Part shown: piece by piece, positions 12,107 through 22,536 of the stretch | Numbering within the stretch: position 1 is the first letter of the stretch | Layout: each line of letters starts with the position of its first letter | NCBI GenBank assembly: GCA_964016885.1 | Contig: OZ024749.1 | Location: 38,006,001-38,070,000 of the forward strand | Source of the DNA: Eledone cirrhosa | Lineage: Eukaryota | DNA: 64,000 bases | Reading direction: 5' to 3' | The notes under the pieces: generated by a model | The model's database searches: none | Told to the model about the DNA's origin: nothing | Seen by the model: the letters and a program-made list of their open reading frames with translations, nothing else | Made by a program: the position numbers and the translations under genes

Positions 12107-13500
12107 AGTTCTACGGCCGGGGAATTCAAAAGAAGATGGTATGGTCACATACATTCTATGAAGAACCGTAGACTAGAGAACACAACAACGCTGGCCAATA
12201 AAATCTGGCAGTTTAAGGATATAAATCAAGAATACAGGATTAGCTGGTCGAAATTATCGGGAGCAAAGGCCTACAACAATGGAATGTCCCACTGCGGACT
12301 TTGCAATATGGAGCTGTTCCATATTTTATAGTATGACAATATTCTGCTTAACACCAAAATAGAACGATCAAGTTTCTGTAGGCACAAAGCAGCTACTAAA
12401 TTCGCAAATTTCAAACCAACATGATTCGATCCAACAATCCCATAATTCAAGCTGAACCACTCAGAGTCTGTTATAATAACTACATACCAACCCACTATTA
12501 TTAGCTGTCAACATCAACAAATCACTAAATCAACATCATAAATCTCCTAACCTTTCTTTCACTCTCTCTCCCTAAATCTATTTCACCTCTTCCCTTGTAT
12601 CCTATCCTGTATCTCTTCACCTCTCACCTAACTTCTAATTTATTAATGTATATTTTATATATTATTTATCTTTATATTCTTTCTTCCTACTATAACCCTC
12701 TGTGATTTAACCAATACATATGTATATATTTAATATTTTGATATTAATAGTATTTATACAATTATCACATCTTTATACTTACACACCACTATAACTTTAA
12801 CCACCACCACCATACCACTATTTTCAACAATCATATTAAGTTCATTTCTTTCACTTATATATTTTTTTACTTATTTTTATCATCTTCATTATAACTTTAT
12901 TATTATTTTTTCTTTTTCTTTTTCTTTTTCTTTTTATTTTTCTTTTTCTTTTTCTTTTTCTTTTTCTTTTTCTTTTTCTTTTTCTTTTTCTTTTTCTTTT
13001 TCTTTTTCTTTTTCTTTTTCTTTTTCTTTTTCTTTTTCTTTTTCTTTTTCTTTTTCTTTTTCTTTTTCTTTTTCTTTTTCTTTTTCTTTTTCTTTTTTAT
13101 TTCTTCATTATTGATGTTGTTATTTGAATTCTCAGTAGTATAAATACAAACACCGTGTGTAATTTTGTCAGCTATTCCGATGATTTGATTAGGCATACAC
13201 TGTAGTTAAGGTTGAGTGACACATCTTCGAGTGATTAGCAACCTTTAGACATCCTAATCAATGAAACAATTGTTAATACTGTAAATAAAACCATTTTTGT
13301 ACTGTTGACCATGTTATTCGTCACTCTTTCACTATTATTACTCCAAGAATAACCTGCATAGGAATTCCCGTGAACTCGCCACCTAACTAAAGAAACTTAT
13401 TGTTGAGTCAAATGTCAAATGCCGTACGTTAAAACTATCCACAATACAGAGTACTCACAACCTCTAACTGGATTACCTATAACGATAAATTGTTATCCCA
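12107..13500 (+). pseudogene. Naiad-like PLE 3' fragment (GIY-YIG C-terminus 12107-12423 plus 3' region)
   Basis: Translates FKRRWYGH..TTLANKIWQFKD..ISW..CGLC..E..LLNTKIE..FCRH with one stop; degenerate HHR-like GAAACAATTGTT near 13263; (TTTTTC)n at 12905-13098. Confidence 0.75.
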
Positions 13501-13739
13501 TATATATAAATATATATATATATAAAATAAACATATGGAACAATCACAGGGAATAATTTGTAAAGTATGTAAGCACGCATACATTGTGATTGTTCCATAT
13601 GTTTATTTTATATATATATATGCCAATCTATTTTTAGTTGATATGAAATGCTCGGATCTATTCATTGGAATTTTTGAGCTTATTCTGCAGTGGATATGGC
13701 GTATGTCTTTCAGACATGACAACCCTTAATTTAATTTTG

Positions 13740-13836
<97 letters not shown>

Positions 13837-13845
13837 TATTATATA

Positions 13846-13886
<41 letters not shown>

Positions 13887-14158
13887 TTTATATGTTACAT
13901 ATATGTATATTATATATATATATTATATATATTATATATATATATGTATATTATATACAAATGGAAGTACAGCATAGTCGAAGCTCGAGCCGCAGCTAAG
14001 CCAACGAATGTAATTAGAAATGCAGCCAAGCACTAGATAAGGTATAAAACCTTAGAGTAATAACATTCCGTTTAAAGAGCTTTGAAAATTGAAGATAGCA
14101 ACCGGTAATTCGGCCGCGGGGACCGTAGCAACGAAAGAAGTGACTCGCGAGAAAAAAT

Positions 14159-14208
<50 letters not shown>

Positions 14209-14338
14209 TACAAACCTGGACCATCACTTCGATATTTTGCAATATCTCCGTTAGGTTTCTGTAAATCCGAAATCTACAAAATCGGTATATTATATATATT
14301 GTATATATTATATATTATATATATTATATATATGTATA

Positions 14339-14373
<35 letters not shown>

Positions 14374-14487
14374 TAAGAGGAATTCCAACTTTGTCTGATT
14401 TACTCGTTTTATTTACAATCCTTTAAAATATATATAATGGTATTATAATGAAATAGTATGATAGAATATTAAATTCTAAGTGTTAAT

Positions 14488-14526
14488 TGAACAAGTACTT
14501 TCATGCTTTCGCAATCTTCAGGTTCA
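14488..14526 (-). ncRNA. Minimal type I hammerhead ribozyme in pLTR
   Basis: TGAAC-CTGAAGA-tTGC GAAA GCAt-GAAA-GTAC-TT-GTTCA; palindromic stem III AAGTACTT. Confidence 0.85.
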
Positions 14527-14901
14527 TGATATGTGGTGACAGTCGAGTTTGCAATTTTCAACTGTAATGAGATGGGTAAATTTCCTACCTTTTATACATT
14601 TTATACAGAGAAAAGTGGCTCCAGAATGCAAAGCCCTGTAAACTGTATTTCGACCAATCAGTGTGTAGTTTCACTGAATTACTACAGCTGATTGGTTTAA
14701 GCGTCACGGCTGGTTGAACATGCTAACGACCAATAGTCATATCCAACGTATCAATTGTTTTGCTTTTTTGAAATGATGAAAATAGCATTTTCTATTAATC
14801 ATCACCATCAACATCACTTTTATTATTATTATTATTGTTGTTGTTGTTGTTGTTAGTGGTCGTGGTCATAGTGGTAGTAGAAGTAATACCCCTAGGCGTT
14901 A

Positions 14902-17088
14902 TTATTGTTCATTTAGCTTGGGTTTGAATTTATCAATAAAATTCTTTTCTTTGATTTTTCTCTTGATTTCATTTGGGCTGTGTAATTTGTAGAATGGGAA
15001 TATTATAAATATTCCCTGACCACATGTTGCCAGGTGGCCGCTTAGGGGTATCTGACGGACATTTGGGTCTCTGATTTGTTGACGGTGTACCCGTGCACGT
15101 TCCGATAGTGCATTTCCAGTTTGACCGACATATAGTTCTTCACAATTCGGGCATTTAATGCAGTAAATTAGATTTCTGCTTTTGCAGTTCATATTTGCAT
15201 TTGTGAATATTTTTCCAGTTTTTGTTTTCATATATTGACCGGCGTGTATGGATTGACATGTGCCGCATCGATTATCATTGCATTTAGATACAGTGAATGA
15301 TTGGTCTTTGTTGTTAAGGTCAAACTTTGCTTTTGTTAGCAATTGCTTCAAATTTTTTGGCTGTCTTTTACTAAGAGTCAAAGATCGATCTGTGATTAAG
15401 CCTTTTAATTCATTACTTTGAGCAATGATCGGTAGGTTTGCTTTGGCAGTGTTGAAGATATTCTGGTGACATGGGTTGTGTGTCATTATAAATGGTATGA
15501 CCAGTTCTTGGTTTCTTCTTCTTTGGGTTGTTCTAAGTTGTTGTATAGGTATTTTTATAGCCCGCTGTATGCCATTTTCTATAAGTAGAGATGGGTATTT
15601 TTGTTTGAGCAAAAATTCTCTTAGTTCTGTTAGGCGTTTGTACCTGGTATTCGTATCTTCTACAATGGTACAAATTCTTCTGGCTAGGCAGTATGGGATG
15701 TTGCGTTTTGTATGAGGTGGATGGCACGACTTAAAATTCAGATATTGATGAGTGTCTGTGTGTTTATAATATATATCCGTGGTAATGGTGGTGTCGTTTT
15801 TGATTATCATTATATCTAGGAATGGTAATTTGGTCCTACTCATCTCTTTTGTGAATTGGAGAGATGGGTGTAGGTTATTCAGGAGGATATTGAACTCATC
15901 CAGAGTATCTAGAGATTCTGTCCAGATGATGAAACAGTCGTCAAGGTATCTCTTCCAAGATTTTTCAATGTACTTTCTAAAGTCAGTACTATATTTTTCC
16001 TCTATTTCTTGGTAGAGTTGTTGTTCTAAGTATCCCATTACAGAGTTCGCGTAAACGGGAGCAAACTTCGTTCCCATCGCTGTGCCTCTAATTTGGATGT
16101 AATTCTTTCCATTGAAGAAGAAAGTGTTATTTTCCAGAATAAGTTTAACTGCGTCTAATATAAATGGCGCTGTGAATCTAATGGGAATCACTTCTCTATG
16201 TTTTTCCACCCAGTATTTAACCGCCTTTATTCCTAAATCATGTGTAATGTTGGTGTAAAGGCTTACCACATCAAAACTGAGTAGAAGTGAATTCGTTTCC
16301 GTGGTTTTGGGAAGATGGGACAGGAAGTCGATATCATCCCGGATGAAACTGGGTATGTGAATACATAGTGGTTTCAAAATAATGTCAACAAAATTGCTTA
16401 GACGGTGAGTGGGGCATGTTGGACCAGCTATAATAGGTCTAAGTTTTAAGTCTTTTGGGTGTAATAATTTAATGTACTCACTGTTTTGTTCTCTTACTGC
16501 CAGTTGTATTTCTTTTGACTTGTGAACTTTCGGTAGGCCATACAGGTTGCTGGGTTTCGGCTCAAAATTGGTGATGTAGTCTCTTTCCTTATCAGTAAAT
16601 GAGTTGTGGTATTTTGAAGCCAGGTTGTTGATCTTCTTCATGATGTTGTGGTCTATATTTGACGGTATTTCATGATAGAATGTTGTGTCTTTCAGTTGTT
16701 CCTCAACCAAATCCTTGTAGTATTCAGTATCCATTATAACTACTGCACCCCCTTTATCTGCTTGTTTAATTATTATTGTTTTATCATTTTGTATACGTTT
16801 AAGTGCAGACATTTCTGATTTGTTAATGTTTGGCCTAACATTAGTATTATGTCTAAGAGGAAATTTAGACAGGATGTCAATGTATTGGTCGAGATAGATA
16901 TTTCTTCCTTTTGGCGGAGTGAAATTTGATTTATTCTTTACTAGTGATTCATCACTCTCATTATTTTTATCAGCGAAGAATTCTACAAGACGTAATTTTC
17001 GACAGAATTCTTGGGTATCCTCCTTCAGTTCTTGGTGGTTGACTGTTGGAGTCGGTGTGAATTTCAGTCCTTTTGACAGAATTTGCAT
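14902..17088 (-). CDS. PLE ORF2: reverse transcriptase plus GIY-YIG endonuclease (frame open up to 17229)
   Basis: LSKGLKFTP, ADKGG, LPKVHK, LRPII, FDVVSLYTN, GTAMG, YLDD, FLD, CxxxxCxxC linker, LIY..CPNC..YVGQT. Confidence 0.96.
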   Translation of the reverse strand: MQILSKGLKFTPTPTVNHQELKEDTQEFCRKLRLVEFFADKNNESDESLVKNKSNFTPPKGRNIYLDQYIDILSKFPLRHNTNVRPNINKSEMSALKRIQNDKTIIIKQADKGGAVVIMDTEYYKDLVEEQLKDTTFYHEIPSNIDHNIMKKINNLASKYHNSFTDKERDYITNFEPKPSNLYGLPKVHKSKEIQLAVREQNSEYIKLLHPKDLKLRPIIAGPTCPTHRLSNFVDIILKPLCIHIPSFIRDDIDFLSHLPKTTETNSLLLSFDVVSLYTNITHDLGIKAVKYWVEKHREVIPIRFTAPFILDAVKLILENNTFFFNGKNYIQIRGTAMGTKFAPVYANSVMGYLEQQLYQEIEEKYSTDFRKYIEKSWKRYLDDCFIIWTESLDTLDEFNILLNNLHPSLQFTKEMSRTKLPFLDIMIIKNDTTITTDIYYKHTDTHQYLNFKSCHPPHTKRNIPYCLARRICTIVEDTNTRYKRLTELREFLLKQKYPSLLIENGIQRAIKIPIQQLRTTQRRRNQELVIPFIMTHNPCHQNIFNTAKANLPIIAQSNELKGLITDRSLTLSKRQPKNLKQLLTKAKFDLNNKDQSFTVSKCNDNRCGTCQSIHAGQYMKTKTGKIFTNANMNCKSRNLIYCIKCPNCEELYVGQTGNALSERARVHRQQIRDPNVRQIPLSGHLATCGQGIFIIFPFYKLHSPNEIKRKIKEKNFIDKFKPKLNEQ

Positions 17089-17135
17089 TTCATCATTGTC
17101 AAGATCTCTTTTAGATAAATTAATTATTTTAGGAT

Positions 17136-18485
17136 CTACGTGTACAGCTGTTTTGGGTATGTTTCCTCCTGGAGTTTTTCTTTTTCCGGTTTTTGTTGTC
17201 CTGACGTTAAAAAATGAATTTTTCTCTGTTCAGGATTTATATTCCTGTTGGTGTTCGCTTGATGAACTTTTGGTCGTGATATTATATTTGGTTTCGTTAT
17301 GTATTTTGTCCTATTTTTGGTATTCTGTATATTATTTTTCTTCCTGTTAGCATTATTTTTAACAATCTGGGAAAATGACCTAGGTTTGCTTTCAGGTTTA
17401 GATCGTTTTTTCGTCCAGTTTCTTGTGGGCAATCTCTGTTGAGATCTTGAGAGTGATCTGGTTATTCTACGTTTTGTTTCCACATTCCTTGTTGGTAGTC
17501 TCTGTTGAGATCTTGAGAATGATCTCCTGGTTTTACTACTTCTCATGGTCTGGTCAAAGGAATACCTATCGTGTTTGTGCTTTTTGTTCATGTTGTGTGC
17601 GATAGGGTGTTTTTGTAGAAAAAGCGAAGAGTTATTACCGTAGTTCTTCTTTGATTCAAGGTAAGGTGAGTGTTTGTGTTGGCACGTGTTCTGGCGTATG
17701 TTGTGTTGATGAGATTGTCCACTTTTAATGCTTTTTCTCAGGGTTCCAGAGTCTTTACCGTAATTTGCAGCATATTCATCGAGAAATAATTGTTTCAGCT
17801 GCCATACCTTTCTTGATTTGTTTTCTTCTTTTGAGATATCTCCGATCCATAGTTCTCGTAGTTTTTCAGCTATAATACCAGTCGTTAGCTTTGAAATTTC
17901 AACTTCAATTTGGTCATCAATAGCTTCATATTTGGCTTTGTAGCGGGATTGTTTACATTCAGAAATGGAGATGTCGGTCCTGAATTTTGTCAATGTAAGT
18001 TCCCATCGGAGTTTTGTTTCTTCTTCTGGTTCTCCTGCAATTTCTGTAATTAGGTATTTACGAGGGAGTATGGGTGCCGTTAGAGAGAGCCATTTCGAAT
18101 GTGTTTCGACATATTTTTCGCATCTGTATGCTTTCCAGAAATTTTGTTTTCTTATGTTAAGGAATTTTTTCCATGTCTTCCACATTTCTTTTCTTATTCG
18201 ATGTGTTTTGTTTTCCAAATTTCTTTCGTTTATTTCTGACATCCAAGGGGGTTGTGGTAGGCTTTCTCTTGTATCTTTGATAACTGTTGGTATAATTTCA
18301 GCTAAATTCTTAATTTCAGAGTTTATATGTTCAGTTATAAGTTTTCCGTCTGTAGATTGTTTTTCTATTTCCTTTAAAATAGAGGATTGTGTGTCCATCA
18401 TCGTGATAAGTGTTGATAATTTCGATGATATCTCCTTTAGAATTCTTTCTGATTCTGTTGGTTTCATTTGTTGCTTTCCAGACAT
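17136..18485 (-). CDS. PLE ORF1: helical/coiled-coil-like N-terminus and basic R/S/K-rich C-terminus
   Basis: 449-aa ATG-initiated non-repetitive ORF between pLTR and ORF2; duplicated RSxSRSQQRLPTRN motif. Confidence 0.8.
   Translation of the reverse strand: MSGKQQMKPTESERILKEISSKLSTLITMMDTQSSILKEIEKQSTDGKLITEHINSEIKNLAEIIPTVIKDTRESLPQPPWMSEINERNLENKTHRIRKEMWKTWKKFLNIRKQNFWKAYRCEKYVETHSKWLSLTAPILPRKYLITEIAGEPEEETKLRWELTLTKFRTDISISECKQSRYKAKYEAIDDQIEVEISKLTTGIIAEKLRELWIGDISKEENKSRKVWQLKQLFLDEYAANYGKDSGTLRKSIKSGQSHQHNIRQNTCQHKHSPYLESKKNYGNNSSLFLQKHPIAHNMNKKHKHDRYSFDQTMRSSKTRRSFSRSQQRLPTRNVETKRRITRSLSRSQQRLPTRNWTKKRSKPESKPRSFSQIVKNNANRKKNNIQNTKNRTKYITKPNIISRPKVHQANTNRNINPEQRKIHFLTSGQQKPEKEKLQEETYPKQLYT
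17208..17214 (-). promoter_or_regulatory. Candidate -1 ribosomal frameshift heptamer U_UUU_UUA (second copy 21410-21416)
   Basis: CAT TTT TTA in the ORF1 frame; the -1 frame runs uninterrupted into the RT. Confidence 0.65.
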
Positions 18486-18689
18486 GTTGGCATATACACA
18501 ATAGGAATATATATATAGATATAGATAGGTAAATATACACGGGTGTGTATGATTGTGTATAGAAGATTATATTAATAAGAGGAATTCCAACTTTGTCTGA
18601 TTTACTCGTTTTATTTACAATCCTTTAAAATATATATAATGGTATTATAATGAAATAGTATGATAGAATATTAAATTCTAAGTGTTAAT

Positions 18690-18728
18690 TGAACAAGTAC
18701 TTTCATGCTTTCGCAATCTTCAGGTTCA
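18690..18728 (-). ncRNA. Hammerhead ribozyme in internal pLTR
   Basis: Identical to 14488-14526. Confidence 0.85.
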
Positions 18729-19103
18729 TGATATGTGGTGACAGTCGAGTTTGCAATTTTCAACTGTAATGAGATGGGTAAATTTCCTACCTTTTATACA
18801 TTTTATACAGAGAAAAGTGGCTCCAGAATGCAAAGCCCTGTAAACTGTATTTCGACCAATCAGTGTGTAGTTTCACTGAATTACTACAGCTGATTGGTTT
18901 AAGCGTCACGGCTGGTTGAACATGCTAACGACCAATAGTCATATCCAACGTATCAATTGTTTTGCTTTTTTGAAATGATGAAAATAGCATTTTCTATTAA
19001 TCATCACCATCAACATCACTTTTATTATTATTATTATTGTTGTTGTTGTTGTTGTTAGTGGTCGTGGTCATAGTGGTAGTAGAAGTAATACCCCTAGGCG
19101 TTA

Positions 19104-21290
19104 TTATTGTTCATTTAGCTTGGGTTTGAATTTATCAATAAAATTCTTTTCTTTGATTTTTCTCTTGATTTCATTTGGGCTGTGTAATTTGTAGAATGGG
19201 AATATTATAAATATTCCCTGACCACATGTTGCCAGGTGGCCGCTTAGGGGTATCTGACGGACATTTGGGTCTCTGATTTGTTGACGGTGTACCCGTGCAC
19301 GTTCCGATAGTGCATTTCCAGTTTGACCGACATATAGTTCTTCACAATTCGGGCATTTAATGCAGTAAATTAGATTTCTGCTTTTGCAGTTCATATTTGC
19401 ATTTGTGAATATTTTTCCAGTTTTTGTTTTCATATATTGACCGGCGTGTATGGATTGACATGTGCCGCATCGATTATCATTGCATTTAGATACAGTGAAT
19501 GATTGGTCTTTGTTGTTAAGGTCAAACTTTGCTTTTGTTAGCAATTGCTTCAAATTTTTTGGCTGTCTTTTACTAAGAGTCAAAGATCGATCTGTGATTA
19601 AGCCTTTTAATTCATTACTTTGAGCAATGATCGGTAGGTTTGCTTTGGCAGTGTTGAAGATATTCTGGTGACATGGGTTGTGTGTCATTATAAATGGTAT
19701 GACCAGTTCTTGGTTTCTTCTTCTTTGGGTTGTTCTAAGTTGTTGTATAGGTATTTTTATAGCCCGCTGTATGCCATTTTCTATAAGTAGAGATGGGTAT
19801 TTTTGTTTGAGCAAAAATTCTCTTAGTTCTGTTAGGCGTTTGTACCTGGTATTCGTATCTTCTACAATGGTACAAATTCTTCTGGCTAGGCAGTATGGGA
19901 TGTTGCGTTTTGTATGAGGTGGATGGCACGACTTAAAATTCAGATATTGATGAGTGTCTGTGTGTTTATAATATATATCCGTGGTAATGGTGGTGTCGTT
20001 TTTGATTATCATTATATCTAGGAATGGTAATTTGGTCCTACTCATCTCTTTTGTGAATTGGAGAGATGGGTGTAGGTTATTCAGGAGGATATTGAACTCA
20101 TCCAGAGTATCTAGAGATTCTGTCCAGATGATGAAACAGTCGTCAAGGTATCTCTTCCAAGATTTTTCAATGTACTTTCTAAAGTCAGTACTATATTTTT
20201 CCTCTATTTCTTGGTAGAGTTGTTGTTCTAAGTATCCCATTACAGAGTTCGCGTAAACGGGAGCAAACTTCGTTCCCATCGCTGTGCCTCTAATTTGGAT
20301 GTAATTCTTTCCATTGAAGAAGAAAGTGTTATTTTCCAGAATAAGTTTAACTGCGTCTAATATAAATGGCGCTGTGAATCTAATGGGAATCACTTCTCTA
20401 TGTTTTTCCACCCAGTATTTAACCGCCTTTATTCCTAAATCATGTGTAATGTTGGTGTAAAGGCTTACCACATCAAAACTGAGTAGAAGTGAATTCGTTT
20501 CCGTGGTTTTGGGAAGATGGGACAGGAAGTCGATATCATCCCGGATGAAACTGGGTATGTGAATACATAGTGGTTTCAAAATAATGTCAACAAAATTGCT
20601 TAGACGGTGAGTGGGGCATGTTGGACCAGCTATAATAGGTCTAAGTTTTAAGTCTTTTGGGTGTAATAATTTAATGTACTCACTGTTTTGTTCTCTTACT
20701 GCCAGTTGTATTTCTTTTGACTTGTGAACTTTCGGTAGGCCATACAGGTTGCTGGGTTTCGGCTCAAAATTGGTGATGTAGTCTCTTTCCTTATCAGTAA
20801 ATGAGTTGTGGTATTTTGAAGCCAGGTTGTTGATCTTCTTCATGATGTTGTGGTCTATATTTGACGGTATTTCATGATAGAATGTTGTGTCTTTCAGTTG
20901 TTCCTCAACCAAATCCTTGTAGTATTCAGTATCCATTATAACTACTGCACCCCCTTTATCTGCTTGTTTAATTATTATTGTTTTATCATTTTGTATACGT
21001 TTAAGTGCAGACATTTCTGATTTGTTAATGTTTGGCCTAACATTAGTATTATGTCTAAGAGGAAATTTAGACAGGATGTCAATGTATTGGTCGAGATAGA
21101 TATTTCTTCCTTTTGGCGGAGTGAAATTTGATTTATTCTTTACTAGTGATTCATCACTCTCATTATTTTTATCAGCGAAGAATTCTACAAGACGTAATTT
21201 TCGACAGAATTCTTGGGTATCCTCCTTCAGTTCTTGGTGGTTGACTGTTGGAGTCGGTGTGAATTTCAGTCCTTTTGACAGAATTTGCAT
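19104..21290 (-). CDS. Second copy of PLE ORF2 (RT plus GIY-YIG)
   Basis: 728 aa, same translation as 14902-17088. Confidence 0.95.
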   Translation of the reverse strand: MQILSKGLKFTPTPTVNHQELKEDTQEFCRKLRLVEFFADKNNESDESLVKNKSNFTPPKGRNIYLDQYIDILSKFPLRHNTNVRPNINKSEMSALKRIQNDKTIIIKQADKGGAVVIMDTEYYKDLVEEQLKDTTFYHEIPSNIDHNIMKKINNLASKYHNSFTDKERDYITNFEPKPSNLYGLPKVHKSKEIQLAVREQNSEYIKLLHPKDLKLRPIIAGPTCPTHRLSNFVDIILKPLCIHIPSFIRDDIDFLSHLPKTTETNSLLLSFDVVSLYTNITHDLGIKAVKYWVEKHREVIPIRFTAPFILDAVKLILENNTFFFNGKNYIQIRGTAMGTKFAPVYANSVMGYLEQQLYQEIEEKYSTDFRKYIEKSWKRYLDDCFIIWTESLDTLDEFNILLNNLHPSLQFTKEMSRTKLPFLDIMIIKNDTTITTDIYYKHTDTHQYLNFKSCHPPHTKRNIPYCLARRICTIVEDTNTRYKRLTELREFLLKQKYPSLLIENGIQRAIKIPIQQLRTTQRRRNQELVIPFIMTHNPCHQNIFNTAKANLPIIAQSNELKGLITDRSLTLSKRQPKNLKQLLTKAKFDLNNKDQSFTVSKCNDNRCGTCQSIHAGQYMKTKTGKIFTNANMNCKSRNLIYCIKCPNCEELYVGQTGNALSERARVHRQQIRDPNVRQIPLSGHLATCGQGIFIIFPFYKLHSPNEIKRKIKEKNFIDKFKPKLNEQ

Positions 21291-21337
21291 TTCATCATTG
21301 TCAAGATCTCTTTTAGATAAATTAATTATTTTAGGAT

Positions 21338-21897
21338 CTACGTGTACAGCTGTTTTGGGTATGTTTCCTCCTGGAGTTTTTCTTTTTCCGGTTTTTGTTG
21401 TCCTGACGTTAAAAAATGAATTTTTCTCTGTTCAGGATTTATATTCCTGTTGGTGTTCGCTTGATGAACTTTTGGTCGTGATATTATATTTGGTTTCGTT
21501 ATGTATTTTGTCCTATTTTTGGTATTCTGTATATTATTTTTCTTCCTGTTAGCATTATTTTTAACAATCTGGGAAAATGACCTAGGTTTGCTTTCAGGTT
21601 TAGATCGTTTTTTCGTCCAGTTTCTTGTGGGCAATCTCTGTTGAGATCTTGAGAGTGATCTGGTTATTCTACGTTTTGTTTCCACATTCCTTGTTGGTAG
21701 TCTCTGTTGAGATCTTGAGAATGATCTCCTGGTTTTACTACTTCTCATGGTCTGGTCAAAGGAATACCTATCGTGTTTGTGCTTTTTGTTCATGTTGTGT
21801 GCGATAGGGTGTTTTTGTAGAAAAAGCGAAGAGTTATTACCGTAGTTCTTCTTTGATTCAAGGTAAGGTGAGTGTTTGTGTTGGCACGTGTTCTGGC
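21338..21897 (-). pseudogene. 5'-truncated second copy of PLE ORF1
   Basis: Matches 17136-17695 and stops at the inversion junction (GC microhomology, 21896-21897). Confidence 0.85.
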
Positions 21898-22074
21898 TAA
21901 ATGAACAATAATAACGCCTAGGGGTATTACTTCTACTACCACTATGACCACGACCACTAACAACAACAACAACAACAATAATAATAATAATAAAAGTGAT
22001 GTTGATGGTGATGATTAATAGAAAATGCTATTTTCATCATTTCAAAAAAGCAAAACAATTGATACGTTGGATAT

Positions 22075-22225
22075 GACTATTGGTCGTTAGCATGTTCAAC
22101 CAGCCGTGACGCTTAAACCAATCAGCTGTAGTAATTCAGTGAAACTACACACTGATTGGTCGAAATACAGTTTACAGGGCTTTGCATTCTGGAGCCACTT
22201 TTCTCTGTATAAAATGTATAAAAGG
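22075..22225 (+). promoter_or_regulatory. Putative pLTR Pol II promoter (CCAAT boxes and two TATAAAA)
   Basis: ATTGG/CCAATC motifs, TATAAAA at 22208 and 22217 about 70 nt upstream of the HHR; AATAAA at 22400; same in the other two pLTRs. Confidence 0.5.
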
Positions 22226-22286
22226 TAGGAAATTTACCCATCTCATTACAGTTGAAAATTGCAAACTCGACTGTCACCACATATCA

Positions 22287-22325
22287 TGAACCTGAAGATT
22301 GCGAAAGCATGAAAGTACTTGTTCA
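22287..22325 (+). ncRNA. Hammerhead ribozyme in inverted pLTR
   Basis: TGAAC CTGAAGA TTGCGAAAGCAT GAAA GTACTT GTTCA. Confidence 0.85.
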
Positions 22326-22495
22326 ATTAACACTTAGAATTTAATATTCTATCATACTATTTCATTATAATACCATTATATATATTTTAAAGGATTGTAA
22401 ATAAAACGAGTAAATCAGACAAAGTTGGAATTCCTCTTATTAATATAATCTTCTATACACAATCATACACACCCGTGTATATTTACCTATCTATA

Positions 22496-22536
<41 letters not shown>

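Larger units (their letters stand above)
14371..22510 (-). mobile_element. Penelope-like element (Neptune-like): partial tandem (4202-bp unit) with inverted terminal pLTR, inserted in (TA)n
   Basis: Unit 14371-18572 repeated at 18573-21897; 21896-22510 is an inverted copy of about 18505-19119; (TA)n on both flanks. Confidence 0.95.

Noticed and set aside
18486-18690. Retained intron in the PLE 5' leader
   Set aside because: No convincing donor/acceptor pair seen by eye
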